DNA of 64,000 nucleotides from Polyangiales bacterium (GTDB lineage Bacteria > Myxococcota_A > Polyangia > Polyangiales > Polyangiaceae). The position numbers and the translations under genes are program-made. Shown piece after piece: positions 26,114 through 36,909 of this stretch. The stretch is from positions 192,001 to 256,000 of the forward strand of contig JBBRLQ010000006.1 in NCBI GenBank assembly GCA_038231275.1, given 5' to 3'. Numbering within the stretch: position 1 is the first letter of the stretch; each line of letters starts with the position of its first letter. The notes below the pieces were generated by a model that worked only from the letters and a program-made list of their open reading frames with translations, made no database searches and had not been told where the DNA came from.

Positions 26114-27436
26114 CTATTTCTTCGCCATCGCGACAAAATCGGCGTCGGCGAGGAACGGGGCGGGGGCAAAGGGGCGACCGGCAGCTTCCCCAATGATCCA
26201 GACACCTTCGCGAATTTTCGCGCCGGGGGCGCGCGGGACGTAGCCACGGGCTGTGTGATCTAGAGGAGAGCCGGCCTGCTCGGCGAGCTCGTACGAAGGG
26301 GCGCGGGGGGCGTCGATCAGGACGGCGTCGGCCTTCAGCTTGCGCTCCTTCTTCTCCGTCCTCTCCTTCTTTTGCGTCTCGCCGTCCGCCTCACGGACGC
26401 TGCAGCCGGTGACGTGAGAGCTGCCGGTCGCCGCGACGATCTCGCCGTGGACGACGGTGACCACGGTCGACGCCTGCCGTTCCGCGATGGCGCGCGCGTA
26501 CGAGGTGCCGAACGGGCCACCGCCTTCGGGTACGACGACCACGACCCTCTTGCCGAGGGTGACGCCGTGCGAGAGGAGCCATCCGCCCGCGCGCGCGCTC
26601 ATGACGCCGGGGAGATCGTTGCCCTCGAACGGGAGGACACCGTCGTGCGCGCCGGTCGCGAGGACCAGACACTTCGCGGTGACGATCTCCGCGCCTTCAG
26701 GACCGACCACCAGGAGATCGTCGCCGAAGAGGGCGCCGGCGGTCGTCGCCGTCCGAACACGAACGCCGCGCGAAGACACGGCGCGCTCGAAGGCGTGTAC
26801 GACGCCATCCCACGCGCGCGCGTCGCTCGGCGCGAGCGCGCGAAGACCGCCGCCGAGCGCGAGGTGATCGTCGATGACCTCGACGGACCGCCCGTCATGC
26901 GCGAGCCGAGCGGCGACGGCCATCCCCGAAGGACCACCGCCGACCACGACGACATCCGCGACGCGACGAACGGCTTCGCGCGGCGCCGATGGGCTCACCG
27001 GCATCTTCCCGAGCCCCGCGACGCGTCGCGCGAACCCCTGCATGAGCGACTGCACGCCAGGGACACCGGCGAAGAGCTCGTGGTGGTTCATGCCTTCGGG
27101 GAAGAACCAGTCGGTCATGCGAAGGAGATCGACGCTGCGCGAGCCGAGGGTATTCTGCGAGCGGATCGCCATTCCCTCGCGGGCGGGGACCATGCACGTC
27201 ATGACGTTGGGAACCTCGTCGACGCGCGCGAGGCACCCGTCGCAGGCGGCGCGGAGGCACGACGGACCCCGAGGGCGGTGGAACTTGGGGCTGCGCGCGA
27301 TCGACAGCTTGCCGGCGGCGGCGAGGGCGTACACGACCGGCTCGCCCTCCGCGGCCTCGATCGGCTCCCCGTCGAGGGTCACCGTGACCGGGTGGGGCAC
27401 CGGGGACAATCGCCCGTTTCCGCCGCTCATGGCCAT
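26114..27436 (-). CDS. 2Fe-2S plus FAD oxidoreductase (sarcosine oxidase alpha N-terminal-like)
   Basis: RSPKFHRPRGPSCLRAACDGC..C; VVGGGPSG; LATGA; FEGNDLPGVM. Confidence 0.85.
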   Translation of the reverse strand: MAMSGGNGRLSPVPHPVTVTLDGEPIEAAEGEPVVYALAAAGKLSIARSPKFHRPRGPSCLRAACDGCLARVDEVPNVMTCMVPAREGMAIRSQNTLGSRSVDLLRMTDWFFPEGMNHHELFAGVPGVQSLMQGFARRVAGLGKMPVSPSAPREAVRRVADVVVVGGGPSGMAVAARLAHDGRSVEVIDDHLALGGGLRALAPSDARAWDGVVHAFERAVSSRGVRVRTATTAGALFGDDLLVVGPEGAEIVTAKCLVLATGAHDGVLPFEGNDLPGVMSARAGGWLLSHGVTLGKRVVVVVPEGGGPFGTSYARAIAERQASTVVTVVHGEIVAATGSSHVTGCSVREADGETQKKERTEKKERKLKADAVLIDAPRAPSYELAEQAGSPLDHTARGYVPRAPGAKIREGVWIIGEAAGRPFAPAPFLADADFVAMAKK

Positions 27437-27483
27437 GGCTCGTAGCACGCCTCGCGCGGCGGCGGACGACCGAGTGGGCGAGG

Positions 27484-27516
27484 AACTAGGGGCCAACTAG
27501 GGGCCAACCGGGGGCC
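27484..27516. repeat. Three tandem 11-bp units (AACTAGGGGCC x2, AACCGGGGGCC) in a divergent intergenic region
   Basis: Read directly. Confidence 0.85.
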
Positions 27517-27567
27517 GCCCCCACGCGCCCCTTTACGGCCGGGCGCGAGTGCCCGAGACTGAACCTC

Positions 27568-28182
27568 GTGCGCTTAGGCCTCCTTGGTCCCTCCGAAGGG
27601 GACATTCAGGGACTCGGACGTGCGGCAGAGTTTCTGCTCACGACCGCGAAGGTGAGCCGCGCCGTCTATCTTGGTGTCGATCCGTCGCTCGACAAGGCGG
27701 TGGCCGCGTGGGCGCGACGCCTCGTAGGGGATGACCCGAGTGACGACGCCGCGTGGAGGCGCGCGGCCGACATGGCGATCGGCGGGAGCCCCACCGAAAT
27801 CGACCGCTTCGTCGCCGTCGAGCGCGCACGCATGCGCCTCAAGGCGCTCGAGACGCTGCCTCACGGAGGTCGCACGATCGAGATGGTGGGCGATCGAGTT
27901 GCCATCCTCATCCACGATAAAGCGCAGCTCGACGAGGAGGACATCCTCGCCGCGAACCTCCTCGTCTTCGGACGCAGCGCCGAGCCGCTCGTGAAGAAGA
28001 TCGGCACGCGCTGGTTCGTCAGCCCCGGCCACCTGGGCACGAAGGGGGGCGGCATCGCGGTCCTCGACGACGAAGACGCCGAGGTGGTGTGCACGGTCTA
28101 CGACGGGCAAGGCAGGCAGACGACGAAAGAGACACTGACCGTAGTCCGCGCGACGAAGATCCGGGTCCAGGGGGGAGCGTGA
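27568..28182 (+). CDS. Degenerate calcineurin-like metallophosphoesterase-fold protein
   Basis: Motif order MRLGLLG..EGD / VYLG.D / ILIHD / LVFG...P / FVSPG.LG parallels YfcE-type enzymes, but the metal ligands are substituted. Confidence 0.6.
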   Translation: MRLGLLGPSEGDIQGLGRAAEFLLTTAKVSRAVYLGVDPSLDKAVAAWARRLVGDDPSDDAAWRRAADMAIGGSPTEIDRFVAVERARMRLKALETLPHGGRTIEMVGDRVAILIHDKAQLDEEDILAANLLVFGRSAEPLVKKIGTRWFVSPGHLGTKGGGIAVLDDEDAEVVCTVYDGQGRQTTKETLTVVRATKIRVQGGA

Positions 28183-28742
28183 TCGTCGCGGTCTTCGGCG
28201 GTAGCTTCAACCCGCCGCACGTCGCCCACGTGCTCGCGGTCGCGTACGTCCTCAGCACGCACGAGGTCGATCGGCTCCTCGTCCTCCCGACGTACCAGCA
28301 CCCCTTCGCCAAGTCGCTCGCGCCGTTCGACGACCGGGTCACGATGGCGGAGAAGGCGATGGGGTGGATGCCGCGCGTCGAGGTTTCGCGCGTGGAGGAG
28401 GAGCTCGGCGGCGAGAGCCGGACGCTGCGGACGCTCGAGCACCTGCACGCCGCGCACCCCGACTGGGCGATGCGCCTCGTGATGGGCGCCGATCTCATCG
28501 TCGAGTCGCCGAAGTGGTTCGGCTTCGACGCGATCAAGAAGCTCGCACCGCCGCTGGTCCTCGGGAGGGCGGGCGTGTCGTTCGAGGGGGCCCCGGCGCC
28601 CGTGCTTCCGGCGATCTCGAGCACGTTCGTCCGCGAGCGGCTCGCGGCGAAGGACTTCGCGGCGCTCGCAGAGCTTGTGCCGATGGATGTCCTCGGGCAC
28701 ATCCGCGCGCGCGGCTTGTACGGCGTTGGCGCGCAGGCCTAG
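28179..28742 (+). CDS. nadD: Nicotinate-nucleotide adenylyltransferase
   Basis: GTG at 28179; FGGSFNPPHVAH, MGAD, W, ISST motifs. Confidence 0.93.
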   Translation: MIVAVFGGSFNPPHVAHVLAVAYVLSTHEVDRLLVLPTYQHPFAKSLAPFDDRVTMAEKAMGWMPRVEVSRVEEELGGESRTLRTLEHLHAAHPDWAMRLVMGADLIVESPKWFGFDAIKKLAPPLVLGRAGVSFEGAPAPVLPAISSTFVRERLAAKDFAALAELVPMDVLGHIRARGLYGVGAQA

Positions 28743-28751
28743 GCGTCATCG

Positions 28752-29573
28752 ATGAAGGTCTTCCTTTACGGCGCGGGCAAGGTCGGGCGAGCGCTCACGC
28801 GGGCGATCAAGGAGGCGGGCTGGACGGCGACGCTGCGGGCAGCGCGCGCGGGCATTCCGAAGAGAGTGATCGAGGCTGACCTCATCGTCGTGTGCGTGCG
28901 CGATCGCGATCTGATCGCGACGGCAGAGGCGATGGCGGCGGCGGGCGTCGTCCCGCGTCGCGCGGCCTGTGTGCACGCGGCCGGTGCGCTCGGTCCTGCG
29001 CCGCTCGTCGCGTTGCGAGAGGTGTGCGCTGGCGTCGCGCAGATGCACCCGATGATCTCGTTCGCATCGCTCACGACGTTTCCCGATCTCGCGCGGGGGC
29101 AGGTGCACATCGACGGCGATCCGGTCGCGGTGAAGCGCGCGCGCGCGCTGGCGAAGAAGCTCGGGATGGCGCCGCGTACGATTCGTGGACTCGACACCAT
29201 CGGGTACCACGCGGCGGCGGGTCTCGTGGCCAACGGCGCCGCGGCACTTGCTGCCGTGGGCGCGGAGCTCCTCGTTCGCTCGGGAGTCGCGCGCGAGATC
29301 GCGCCGAAGATGCTGGGGCCGCTGCTTCGAAGCGTGGCGGAGAACATCGAGCGCCTGGGCTTCCCTGCAGCGCTGACGGGTCCAGTTCGCCGAGGAGACG
29401 CCGCCGCCATCGCGAAGCAGGCCGCGCTCCTTCGCCAGCGCCTCCCCGACGCGGTCCCGCTCTTCTTCGCCGCGGCCCGCGCGCAGCTCCCCCTCGCGCG
29501 CGCGATCGCCGAGGCACCTCCCGCCGCATTCGACGCGATCGAGCGGGTCCTCGAGGACCCGGATCTCGCGTAA
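28752..29573 (+). CDS. Rossmann-like plus DUF2520 domain oxidoreductase (PanG-like)
   Basis: GAGKVG, VRD, HAAGA, HPMISF, YHAAA, ALTGPVRRGD. Confidence 0.85.
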   Translation: MKVFLYGAGKVGRALTRAIKEAGWTATLRAARAGIPKRVIEADLIVVCVRDRDLIATAEAMAAAGVVPRRAACVHAAGALGPAPLVALREVCAGVAQMHPMISFASLTTFPDLARGQVHIDGDPVAVKRARALAKKLGMAPRTIRGLDTIGYHAAAGLVANGAAALAAVGAELLVRSGVAREIAPKMLGPLLRSVAENIERLGFPAALTGPVRRGDAAAIAKQAALLRQRLPDAVPLFFAAARAQLPLARAIAEAPPAAFDAIERVLEDPDLA

Positions 29574-29738
29574 GGCGATGGAACTTCACGGGTAGAAACG
29601 TCCGCGCCCGTTCCTGCGTCACTGCAAAAATTTCAAATTCGGCGCCAAGGCTGGCCTGGCGCAAGGCAGCGGCTCAATTGCCGAATTCGGCCGTGGTCGG
29701 GTTGCCCCGTTCATTCCCGGCAGCTACGTTTTGTCGGC

Positions 29739-32700
29739 TTGGCGATCGCTCCCTATTCTTCCCCATCGTCGTCGTCGCTCGTGGCTTCTCCGGCCGCAGC
29801 GCTCGCGCCGAATCGGACGCTCGTCGATCTCGATGAGCGGTTGACGACGCTCGTCCCTGGGCTGGCCCTCGCGCGTGTTCCGTCCGATGCGCGCGACGCC
29901 GTGGTCGGACATGCGCTCCGGCGCGTTCGTGCGTCCGGTGCGATCGCCCTCACCGCGCGACCGCTCGCTGGCTTCCCGATGTGGCAGCAGATCGCGGAGC
30001 GCCTGGCGATTGACGGCCTGGACTGCGAGCCGTCGCTGTGCGCCGAGCAGATCGCCCAGGCCGCGACCGCCCGCCGCGCCATCATCGTCGTTCCGCTCCC
30101 CGACCACGGCACCTGGGACCGCGCCGTGAGCGTCGAGGTGAGCCGCCAAGAGTGCGCGGGGATCATCGTCTTCGTCGGCGACACGGCCGACGCGGCACCC
30201 GACATTCGCGCCGATCGCTACGAGATCGCCGGGGCGCTCGACGAGACCGAGCGGCGTCGCTGGTGGGCCGCCGTCGCCGAAGAGGGCAGCGGCGCGTCGT
30301 CGGAGCTCGACCTCGGCAAGCTCGAGGGATGGTGGAGCGAGCGCCGCCGCGCGATGAAGAAGCCGGCGTCCGCCAAGGTCGTGCCGGCCGAGGGGCGCCT
30401 TCTCTTGCGCGCCCTCGCGTTGCTCTCGCGCGCGTGGCCGGAGGGAGAGGTCGCCGCGCTCGGTCAAGGTCTGTTTGACCTCGTCGACGCGGGAGCCGTG
30501 AGCGTCGATCGAGGATGGGTGTCGGTCGAGCCCGCGTGGGACGATCTCGCCGCGGAGCTCGCGGCAGAGTCGAGCGCCGACGATCGAAAGCGCGTCGCGC
30601 GGATCCTCGTCGCGCAAGCGGACGAGCCGTGGGCGCTCGCACGCGCCGCCGAGCTCTTCGCAGCAGCGGGAGACGCGGAAGCCGCCGACGACGCGTACGC
30701 GCGTGCGATCGTGGAGCTCGATGACGCCACCGCACGGCGTGAGGTCGTCGCGCGCTGGGCCACGGCCGTGGGCGGCCTGCCTGCCGATGCGCAGCTCGAG
30801 CTCCGTTGCCGCGCCGCGGAACGCGCCCTCTCGGTGGGTGAGGCCGACGAAGCCTGCCGGTGGGCAAAGGCCGCCGTCACGCTCACGAGGGAAGGCTCCG
30901 CCGATCGCGCGGCTGTGACGCTCCTCCTCGGACGGTCCGCCGTCGCGCTCGGCGATCTCACCACCGCCAAGGTCGCCCTCGAGCGCGGCCGTGCGACCAC
31001 GGCCGATCGCGAGACGTCCGCGACGATCGCCGTCGAGCTCTCCGAGGTGCACTACCTGAGCGGCGACATGGGCGCCGCGAAGCGCGAGGCCGAGGCCGCG
31101 ATGGACGCGTCGCTCGAGCCCGACACCATCCTGCGCGCCCGCAACACGCTCGGAAAGCTCCTCCTCGCCGAAGGGCGCTGGGACGACTCCGACCGCCACT
31201 TCGCCGAGGATGCGCAGACCGCCACCGCCAACGGCGATCGCACCGCCGAGCTCCGGGCGCGGCTCAACCGCGGCATCGCGCTCCTCTCGAAGGGGCTCAC
31301 CGACGAGGCCCGCGCCATCTTCGAGGCGGTCCTCTGCGACGGCGAGACGATCGGCGACGGCCGCGCGTGTGCGTTCGCGCTCGACAACCTCGCGGTCATG
31401 GCGACGTGGCGCCAGGAGTACGCCCTCGCTCTTTCGCTGAGCGAGCGGACGCTGAAGCTCCGCCAGCGCCTCGGAGATCGCCTCTCGATGGCGCGCATCC
31501 TGACGAACCTCGCGGAGCTGCGGCGCCGCCTCGGCCTCCTCGATCACGCCGAGCACGCCATCGCGTTCGGGCGGCGGACGCTCGGGCCCGGCATGGCGAT
31601 CAAGGGCGTGTCGCTGAGCGTCATCGCCGCGCGCATCGCGCTGGAGCGCGGACATGGCGCCGTCGCGCGTCGCGAAATCGCAAAGGCGATCGTGGACTGC
31701 GAAGCCGGCGGAGATCGGATGGCGCTCGGTGAAGCGCACCGCGTCGCGGCGCGTGTCGCGCTCGAGGATGGCGACGTGATCCGTGCCGCCCAGGCGCTCG
31801 CGCGCGGGCGTGAGCTGGCGACGAGCGACGAGGCGCGCGGTGAGGTGGCGGTCCTCGCCGCTGCGCTCGCACGCGCGCAAGGCATGCCGCACGCCGACGT
31901 GGTGGCCCTCGCCGACGAGGCCCTGGCGGTCGCGCGGCGCTGCGGGAAAGAAGAGCTCGAGCGCGAGACACACCTCCTCCTCGCCGAGCTGCACCGCGGC
32001 GCCGGCGACGTGATCGCCGCGCGCGTGCACGTCGATCACGCCCTCGCGTTGCGCGATCGGCTGGCCGAGACGCTCCCCGCCGACGTGAAGGCCGCATTCC
32101 TCACGCAGCCGAGCATCGCCAAGCTGGTTCGCCTCCAGGTGCTCCTCGTCGAGCCCGCGCCGATCCAGCCCGAAGGCGACGACGATTCGCTCCGCGCGCC
32201 GCGCTCCCTTCGCCACTCCGGCGGCGCTCCGCGCGAGATGGTCGGCGACGATCCGGCGATTCGCGGCCTCCTCTCCGCGATCCGCAAGGTGGCGCGCTCG
32301 AACGCGACCGTGCTCATCCGCGGCGAGAGCGGTACCGGCAAGGAGCTGGTCGCCGAGGCGCTCCACCGCGCGAGCGATCGCGCGGCCGGGCCGCTCGTCA
32401 CCGTGAACTGCGCGGCGCTCGTCGAGACGCTCCTCTTGTCCGAGCTGTTCGGTCACGAGAAAGGCGCGTTCACCGGCGCCTTCGCGCGCCGCCGCGGTCG
32501 CTTCGAGCTCGCGGAGGGCGGCACGCTCTTCCTCGACGAGATCGGCGACATCTCGGCGCGCACCCAGGTCGCCCTCTTGCGTGTCCTCCAGGAACGCACG
32601 TTCGAGCGCGTCGGCGGCACCATGGCGATCCGCGCCAACGTCCGCATCGTGTGCGCGACGCACCGGGACCTGAAGGCGATGGTCGAGCGCGGCGAGTTCC

Positions 32701-33404
32701 GCGAGGATCTGTACTACCGCCTCCGCGGCATCACCCTCGAGGTCCCCGCGCTTCGCAGCCGCATGGGAGACCTGCCGCGCATCGCCGACAGCCTCCTCGT
32801 GCGCATCGCCGTCGAGCGCGGCGAGTCGCAGAAGTCGCTCTCGAGCGACGCGATCGATCTCCTGAGCCGTCACCGCTGGCCGGGCAACGTGCGCGAGCTC
32901 GAGAACGCCCTTCGCGCCGCGTCGCTCTTCGCCGAGACCCAGGCGATCTCCGCCGTTGATCTCGCCGACAACGTCGACGAGCTCCGCGCGCTCGGTGCGA
33001 CGCCGAGCGGCCCGATGTCCTCGCGACCGACGCCGCTGCCGTTTGCTGCGGTCTCCGCTCCCACCTTCGCGGCGCCGTTGCCGTCCGCTTCCTCTTCTGC
33101 CTCCCTCGACACGGTGGACTCCGTCCGCGACGCGACCGACGAAGACGTCGACGGCGTCCCCCTCTCCCCCCTCCCCTCCTTCGAGGCCAGCGCAACGCAA
33201 GTGGCGTACGCCCAGGTGCGGCAGGGCACGGTCACGTTGAGTGACATGAAGCGGCAAATCGAGCGCGATTGCATCGCGCGCGCCCTGGCGGAGACCAAGG
33301 GCAATATCACCCGCGCTGCAGCCCTTCTCGGGATGAAGCGCCCAAGACTCTCTCAGCTCGTGAAGCAGTACGGCCTGGCGGCCGTCTCGTCGGAGGCACC
33401 GTGA
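29739..33404 (+). CDS. Sigma-54-dependent activator (bEBP) with long N-terminal TPR region
   Basis: [47 protein letters not shown], Fis [14 protein letters not shown]. Confidence 0.93.
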   Translation: MAIAPYSSPSSSSLVASPAAALAPNRTLVDLDERLTTLVPGLALARVPSDARDAVVGHALRRVRASGAIALTARPLAGFPMWQQIAERLAIDGLDCEPSLCAEQIAQAATARRAIIVVPLPDHGTWDRAVSVEVSRQECAGIIVFVGDTADAAPDIRADRYEIAGALDETERRRWWAAVAEEGSGASSELDLGKLEGWWSERRRAMKKPASAKVVPAEGRLLLRALALLSRAWPEGEVAALGQGLFDLVDAGAVSVDRGWVSVEPAWDDLAAELAAESSADDRKRVARILVAQADEPWALARAAELFAAAGDAEAADDAYARAIVELDDATARREVVARWATAVGGLPADAQLELRCRAAERALSVGEADEACRWAKAAVTLTREGSADRAAVTLLLGRSAVALGDLTTAKVALERGRATTADRETSATIAVELSEVHYLSGDMGAAKREAEAAMDASLEPDTILRARNTLGKLLLAEGRWDDSDRHFAEDAQTATANGDRTAELRARLNRGIALLSKGLTDEARAIFEAVLCDGETIGDGRACAFALDNLAVMATWRQEYALALSLSERTLKLRQRLGDRLSMARILTNLAELRRRLGLLDHAEHAIAFGRRTLGPGMAIKGVSLSVIAARIALERGHGAVARREIAKAIVDCEAGGDRMALGEAHRVAARVALEDGDVIRAAQALARGRELATSDEARGEVAVLAAALARAQGMPHADVVALADEALAVARRCGKEELERETHLLLAELHRGAGDVIAARVHVDHALALRDRLAETLPADVKAAFLTQPSIAKLVRLQVLLVEPAPIQPEGDDDSLRAPRSLRHSGGAPREMVGDDPAIRGLLSAIRKVARSNATVLIRGESGTGKELVAEALHRASDRAAGPLVTVNCAALVETLLLSELFGHEKGAFTGAFARRRGRFELAEGGTLFLDEIGDISARTQVALLRVLQERTFERVGGTMAIRANVRIVCATHRDLKAMVERGEFREDLYYRLRGITLEVPALRSRMGDLPRIADSLLVRIAVERGESQKSLSSDAIDLLSRHRWPGNVRELENALRAASLFAETQAISAVDLADNVDELRALGATPSGPMSSRPTPLPFAAVSAPTFAAPLPSASSSASLDTVDSVRDATDEDVDGVPLSPLPSFEASATQVAYAQVRQGTVTLSDMKRQIERDCIARALAETKGNITRAAALLGMKRPRLSQLVKQYGLAAVSSEAP

Positions 33405-33805
33405 TGAAATCCGTGAAAGTGACTGCAGTCCCGTCTCTTTTCGCCATGCTGCTCGCGCTCCCGCTGGCTGCGTGTGCCGCGGAAGTCACACCAAATGAGC
33501 CGGATCCGACGGCAGGACACACGGCGACGGGCCCAGGCCAAGGACCGGCCGGCGCCCCGGAAAACGCGCGCGCCGTCGGAACGAGCGTGCTGCATCGCGG
33601 CTCGGACATGACGCCCGGCAAGCCCGAGCCCATCCCCAACCCGTGGAAGGGCGGTCCCGACGAGAGCTTGCCGTACGGCATCCTCCCGCAGGTCGACAAC
33701 CCCATCGCCGACCTCCCCTCGCCGCGCCCGATCCTCCACAAGACTGTCGACGACCAGGACGTGGAGAAGTACCACGGCCCCGCCGGAGACCATCAGGCCT
33801 ACTGA
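33404..33805 (+). CDS. Small Pro-rich lipoprotein
   Basis: TGATG stop/start overlap with the bEBP, GGAGG RBS; lipobox LAAC. Confidence 0.7.
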   Translation: MKSVKVTAVPSLFAMLLALPLAACAAEVTPNEPDPTAGHTATGPGQGPAGAPENARAVGTSVLHRGSDMTPGKPEPIPNPWKGGPDESLPYGILPQVDNPIADLPSPRPILHKTVDDQDVEKYHGPAGDHQAY

Positions 33806-33879
33806 CCGCGATCTGCGGCTGCCGCGCTCCAGCGAGCTCAAAAGCCGGCTGACCTCTCACGTCGCGCTACAATGAGCGC

Positions 33880-36024
33880 GTGTTAGAGCTCCGCGCGCGC
33901 ACGACTCTGTTCTGCGGCGTGCTCGCGCTCGCCATCGCGTTGTCGATGCTCCTCCGAGGGCGCCGGAGCGTGCACTGGCTCTTCGCGGCGTTCTCACTGT
34001 GCGTGTCGTTCTGGTACGCGAGCCAGTCACTCGAGAAGATCTTCCAATCGCAGGTGTGGGTTCGCGCGACAGCCGTGCTCACCGTCATTCTTCCGCAGTT
34101 CGCGGTGCACCTCTTCCAGGCCGTCGTGCCTTCGGAGAAGCCGCACACGTCGCGCTTGTCGCGCTGGGCGACCATCTTGGGCATCCCGATGCTCGCGATC
34201 GTCCTGTCGCCGTATCACGAGGCGCCGATCTCGCTCGGGGTCGTCTACTCGTACGTCGTCGGCCTCCTCGGCGCGGCGCTCTACACGCTCGCGGTGCGCG
34301 GCCAAGCCAACCCTTCGCGCGCCGTCCGCGATCGCGTGCGCTTCCTCGGCGTCGTCGGCGCGCTGTCGATGACGTTCACGCTCGCCGACTTCCTCTCGTA
34401 CCTGGGCGTGTACCTGCCGCCGATCGGCGCGGTGCTGGCAACAGTGTTCCTCTTCGTCCTCGCCGAGTCGCTGACTCGCCCGCGCCTCGCGGATCTCTAC
34501 GAGATGGCGGGACGTCTCCTGGTGTCGACCGCGCTCGCGTTCTGCCTCGCCGGCATCTTCTACGTGTTCGTCACGTTCATCGGTCGCTTCAACACGATGT
34601 ATTTGAACGCCGTCCTCGCGGCCATCGTGTTCTTGGTCCTCTTCGAGCCGCTGCAGGGAGAGGTAGAGAAGCGCATCCACCAGTTCTTCTTCCGCGAGCG
34701 CTACGATCTCGAGACGAGCGTCGCCGATCTGCGCCGCCGCCTCTCGCACGTCTTCGAGATCGACGAGATGCGCGAGCTGCTCCTCGCCGGCCTCGAGAGG
34801 TCGCACCGCGTGACGAGCTGCGCAATCTACCTGCGCGATCAGGACGGCGGCGCGTTCGATCTCCTGGGTTGCAACGGCGTCGTCGCGCCCGCTCGCATCG
34901 AGGCGCTGGCCGCGCGGCCGATCCTCGACAAGGTGGAGAAGAACGCGTCGCTCTCGCTGGAGGAGGTCTCCCGCGACGAAGAGGCGAACACGGCGCTGCT
35001 GACCGCCGCCGCCGCGACCCTCGGCCCCCTGAAGTCATGCATCGTCCTCGCGGTGCGCACCGACGAGGGGGAGATCATGGGCCTCGTATGCGTCGCCGAC
35101 GATCGCGTGCGCGACGCGTTCACGCCGGAGGAGGTCTCGCTGCTCGAGACGGTGGCCGCGCAGGCGGCGATCGTCATCGCGAACAGCCGCGTGTACAGCC
35201 GCATGAAAGAGCGCGATCGCCTCGCCGCGCTCGGCGCGATGGCGGCCGGTCTCGCCCACGAGGTCAAGAATCCCCTCGGCGCCATCAAGGGCGCGGCCCA
35301 GCTCCTCGAAGAGCTCGACGTGGAGAAGACCTCGAACGTCCCCGCGACCGACTCGTCGAAGGAGTTCATCGGCATCATCCTCGAAGAGGTGAATCGCCTC
35401 GATCGCGTCGTCGGTAGCTTCCTCGACTACGCGCGTCCGCACGCCGGCAATCCGATTCCGCTCGACGTGAACGCCGCGGTGAGGCGCACCGTTCAAATCT
35501 TGAGCAGCCAGGAGAGCGAAGGACTCGACGTGAAGCTCGAGCTCACCGACGACGTGCCACGCGCCAAGATCGATCCCGAGCAGTTCCGTCAGGTCGTCAT
35601 CAACCTCGTCCAGAACGCGATCCAGGCGATGGACGGACATGGAACGGTCACCGTCTCGACCGCGCGCCGTCGCGTGCCACGTGCGGGGTGGTCGCAGGCG
35701 ACGACGGGACCGCAGTCGGACCGCGGCGCAGGGGGGGGCCGAGAGGAGCCGCAGTTCGTCGAGGTCAGCGTCCGCGACACCGGGCCGGGCATCCCGCAGA
35801 AGGTGCTGCGCAACCTGTTCGTGCCGTTCTTCACGACGAAGGAGCAGGGCACCGGCCTCGGTCTCGCGATCAGCCAGAGCATCGTCCAGAACGCGGGCGG
35901 CAACATCGACGTGCAGACCCAGTCGGGCGCGGGCACGCGATTCACGATCGTCCTGCCGGCGGCGGAGGACACGCTACTGACGCCGCTCCCCACGAGCGCG
36001 AGCATGCCCGCGCCGGCGGAGTGA
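33880..36024 (+). CDS. Membrane sensor histidine kinase (multi-TM N-terminus, GAF, HisKA, HATPase)
   Basis: Many TM helices; AHEVKNPL, NLVQNA, DTGPG, FFTTK, GTGLGL. Confidence 0.92.
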   Translation: MLELRARTTLFCGVLALAIALSMLLRGRRSVHWLFAAFSLCVSFWYASQSLEKIFQSQVWVRATAVLTVILPQFAVHLFQAVVPSEKPHTSRLSRWATILGIPMLAIVLSPYHEAPISLGVVYSYVVGLLGAALYTLAVRGQANPSRAVRDRVRFLGVVGALSMTFTLADFLSYLGVYLPPIGAVLATVFLFVLAESLTRPRLADLYEMAGRLLVSTALAFCLAGIFYVFVTFIGRFNTMYLNAVLAAIVFLVLFEPLQGEVEKRIHQFFFRERYDLETSVADLRRRLSHVFEIDEMRELLLAGLERSHRVTSCAIYLRDQDGGAFDLLGCNGVVAPARIEALAARPILDKVEKNASLSLEEVSRDEEANTALLTAAAATLGPLKSCIVLAVRTDEGEIMGLVCVADDRVRDAFTPEEVSLLETVAAQAAIVIANSRVYSRMKERDRLAALGAMAAGLAHEVKNPLGAIKGAAQLLEELDVEKTSNVPATDSSKEFIGIILEEVNRLDRVVGSFLDYARPHAGNPIPLDVNAAVRRTVQILSSQESEGLDVKLELTDDVPRAKIDPEQFRQVVINLVQNAIQAMDGHGTVTVSTARRRVPRAGWSQATTGPQSDRGAGGGREEPQFVEVSVRDTGPGIPQKVLRNLFVPFFTTKEQGTGLGLAISQSIVQNAGGNIDVQTQSGAGTRFTIVLPAAEDTLLTPLPTSASMPAPAE

Positions 36025-36034
36025 GGGGGCACCA

Positions 36035-36052
36035 GAGTCGGAGTCGGAGTCG
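36035..36052. repeat. (GAGTCG)3, same hexamer family as 17141-17245
   Basis: Read directly, 10 nt after the kinase stop codon. Confidence 0.7.
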
Positions 36053-36095
36053 TGGCCCGCACGGACAAGTGCTACCGTTGAAAAGAGGCCTGGCG

Positions 36096-36908
36096 ATGCA
36101 GGATTCGTTTCGGAGTCTCGTCGATTCGCTTCTTCGCCCCGAGCGCCCGTGTCTTCCGTCGTGCCTTCGCGAGCGGGAGCATCATCGGGCAGCGCAGACG
36201 CGAATCGCCGAACGACGTGCGCGCGCCCTCGCGCAGTGCCGGGCCAACATCGAGAGCGCGCGGGAGGCCGTGTTCGCGGCGAACAACGGCCATGTTTCGG
36301 CGCGCATGACCAAGCTCGAGCGCGAGTGGCGCACACTTTCGCGCACGGATCCCGACGCAGGGTGCATGGATCTGTGGGCGCGCATCGCCCCCTATTCGTG
36401 GATCGATCGCAAGCGCTGGCGCGACAGCGAGCCCGCTGTGAGAGCTGATGTGGCGACCGCGCTCGCGGCGGACGTCTCTGGCGTGGAGGCGGCGGAGTCG
36501 GCGATCGCGTCGCTGCGCGTGGCGCTCGCCGCTTGGGGAACGACGCTGGGGCCGCAGATCCGCTGGAGCCCGTTCGAGCGCGACGCCGACGCTGTCACTG
36601 GTCTGCTGGCGGAGCCTCTTCGCGTCGCGTGCGAAGCCGTGGCGGTCGGCGACACGAGATCTATCGTCGGCGAGCGAACGCGCCAGCTTTCGCGCATCGT
36701 CCACGAAGCCGTCCGCGAACGGTTCCCGGAGCGCCCCCTCCTCGCGCAAGCGATCGCGCACGCGGCGTTCGTCGACGGTTGGTTGCGCGCCGCGGCGCTC
36801 GCCGATCTGCCGGATCCGGTCGCGCCTCTCCGCGAGCTCTGGAGCACCGGCTACGGGCTCGTGGTCGCCGACGGGACGGGCGTGACTCTCGAGATCCCGA
36901 GCCTGTGA
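36096..36908 (+). CDS. Hypothetical protein
   Basis: ATG at 36096 after AAGAGG; 3' part of ORF 35688..36908. Confidence 0.6.
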   Translation: MQDSFRSLVDSLLRPERPCLPSCLREREHHRAAQTRIAERRARALAQCRANIESAREAVFAANNGHVSARMTKLEREWRTLSRTDPDAGCMDLWARIAPYSWIDRKRWRDSEPAVRADVATALAADVSGVEAAESAIASLRVALAAWGTTLGPQIRWSPFERDADAVTGLLAEPLRVACEAVAVGDTRSIVGERTRQLSRIVHEAVRERFPERPLLAQAIAHAAFVDGWLRAAALADLPDPVAPLRELWSTGYGLVVADGTGVTLEIPSL

Positions 36909-36909
36909 C

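Noticed and set aside
29724..33257. 1177-aa minus-strand ORF
   Set aside because: Antisense shadow of the sigma-54 activator.
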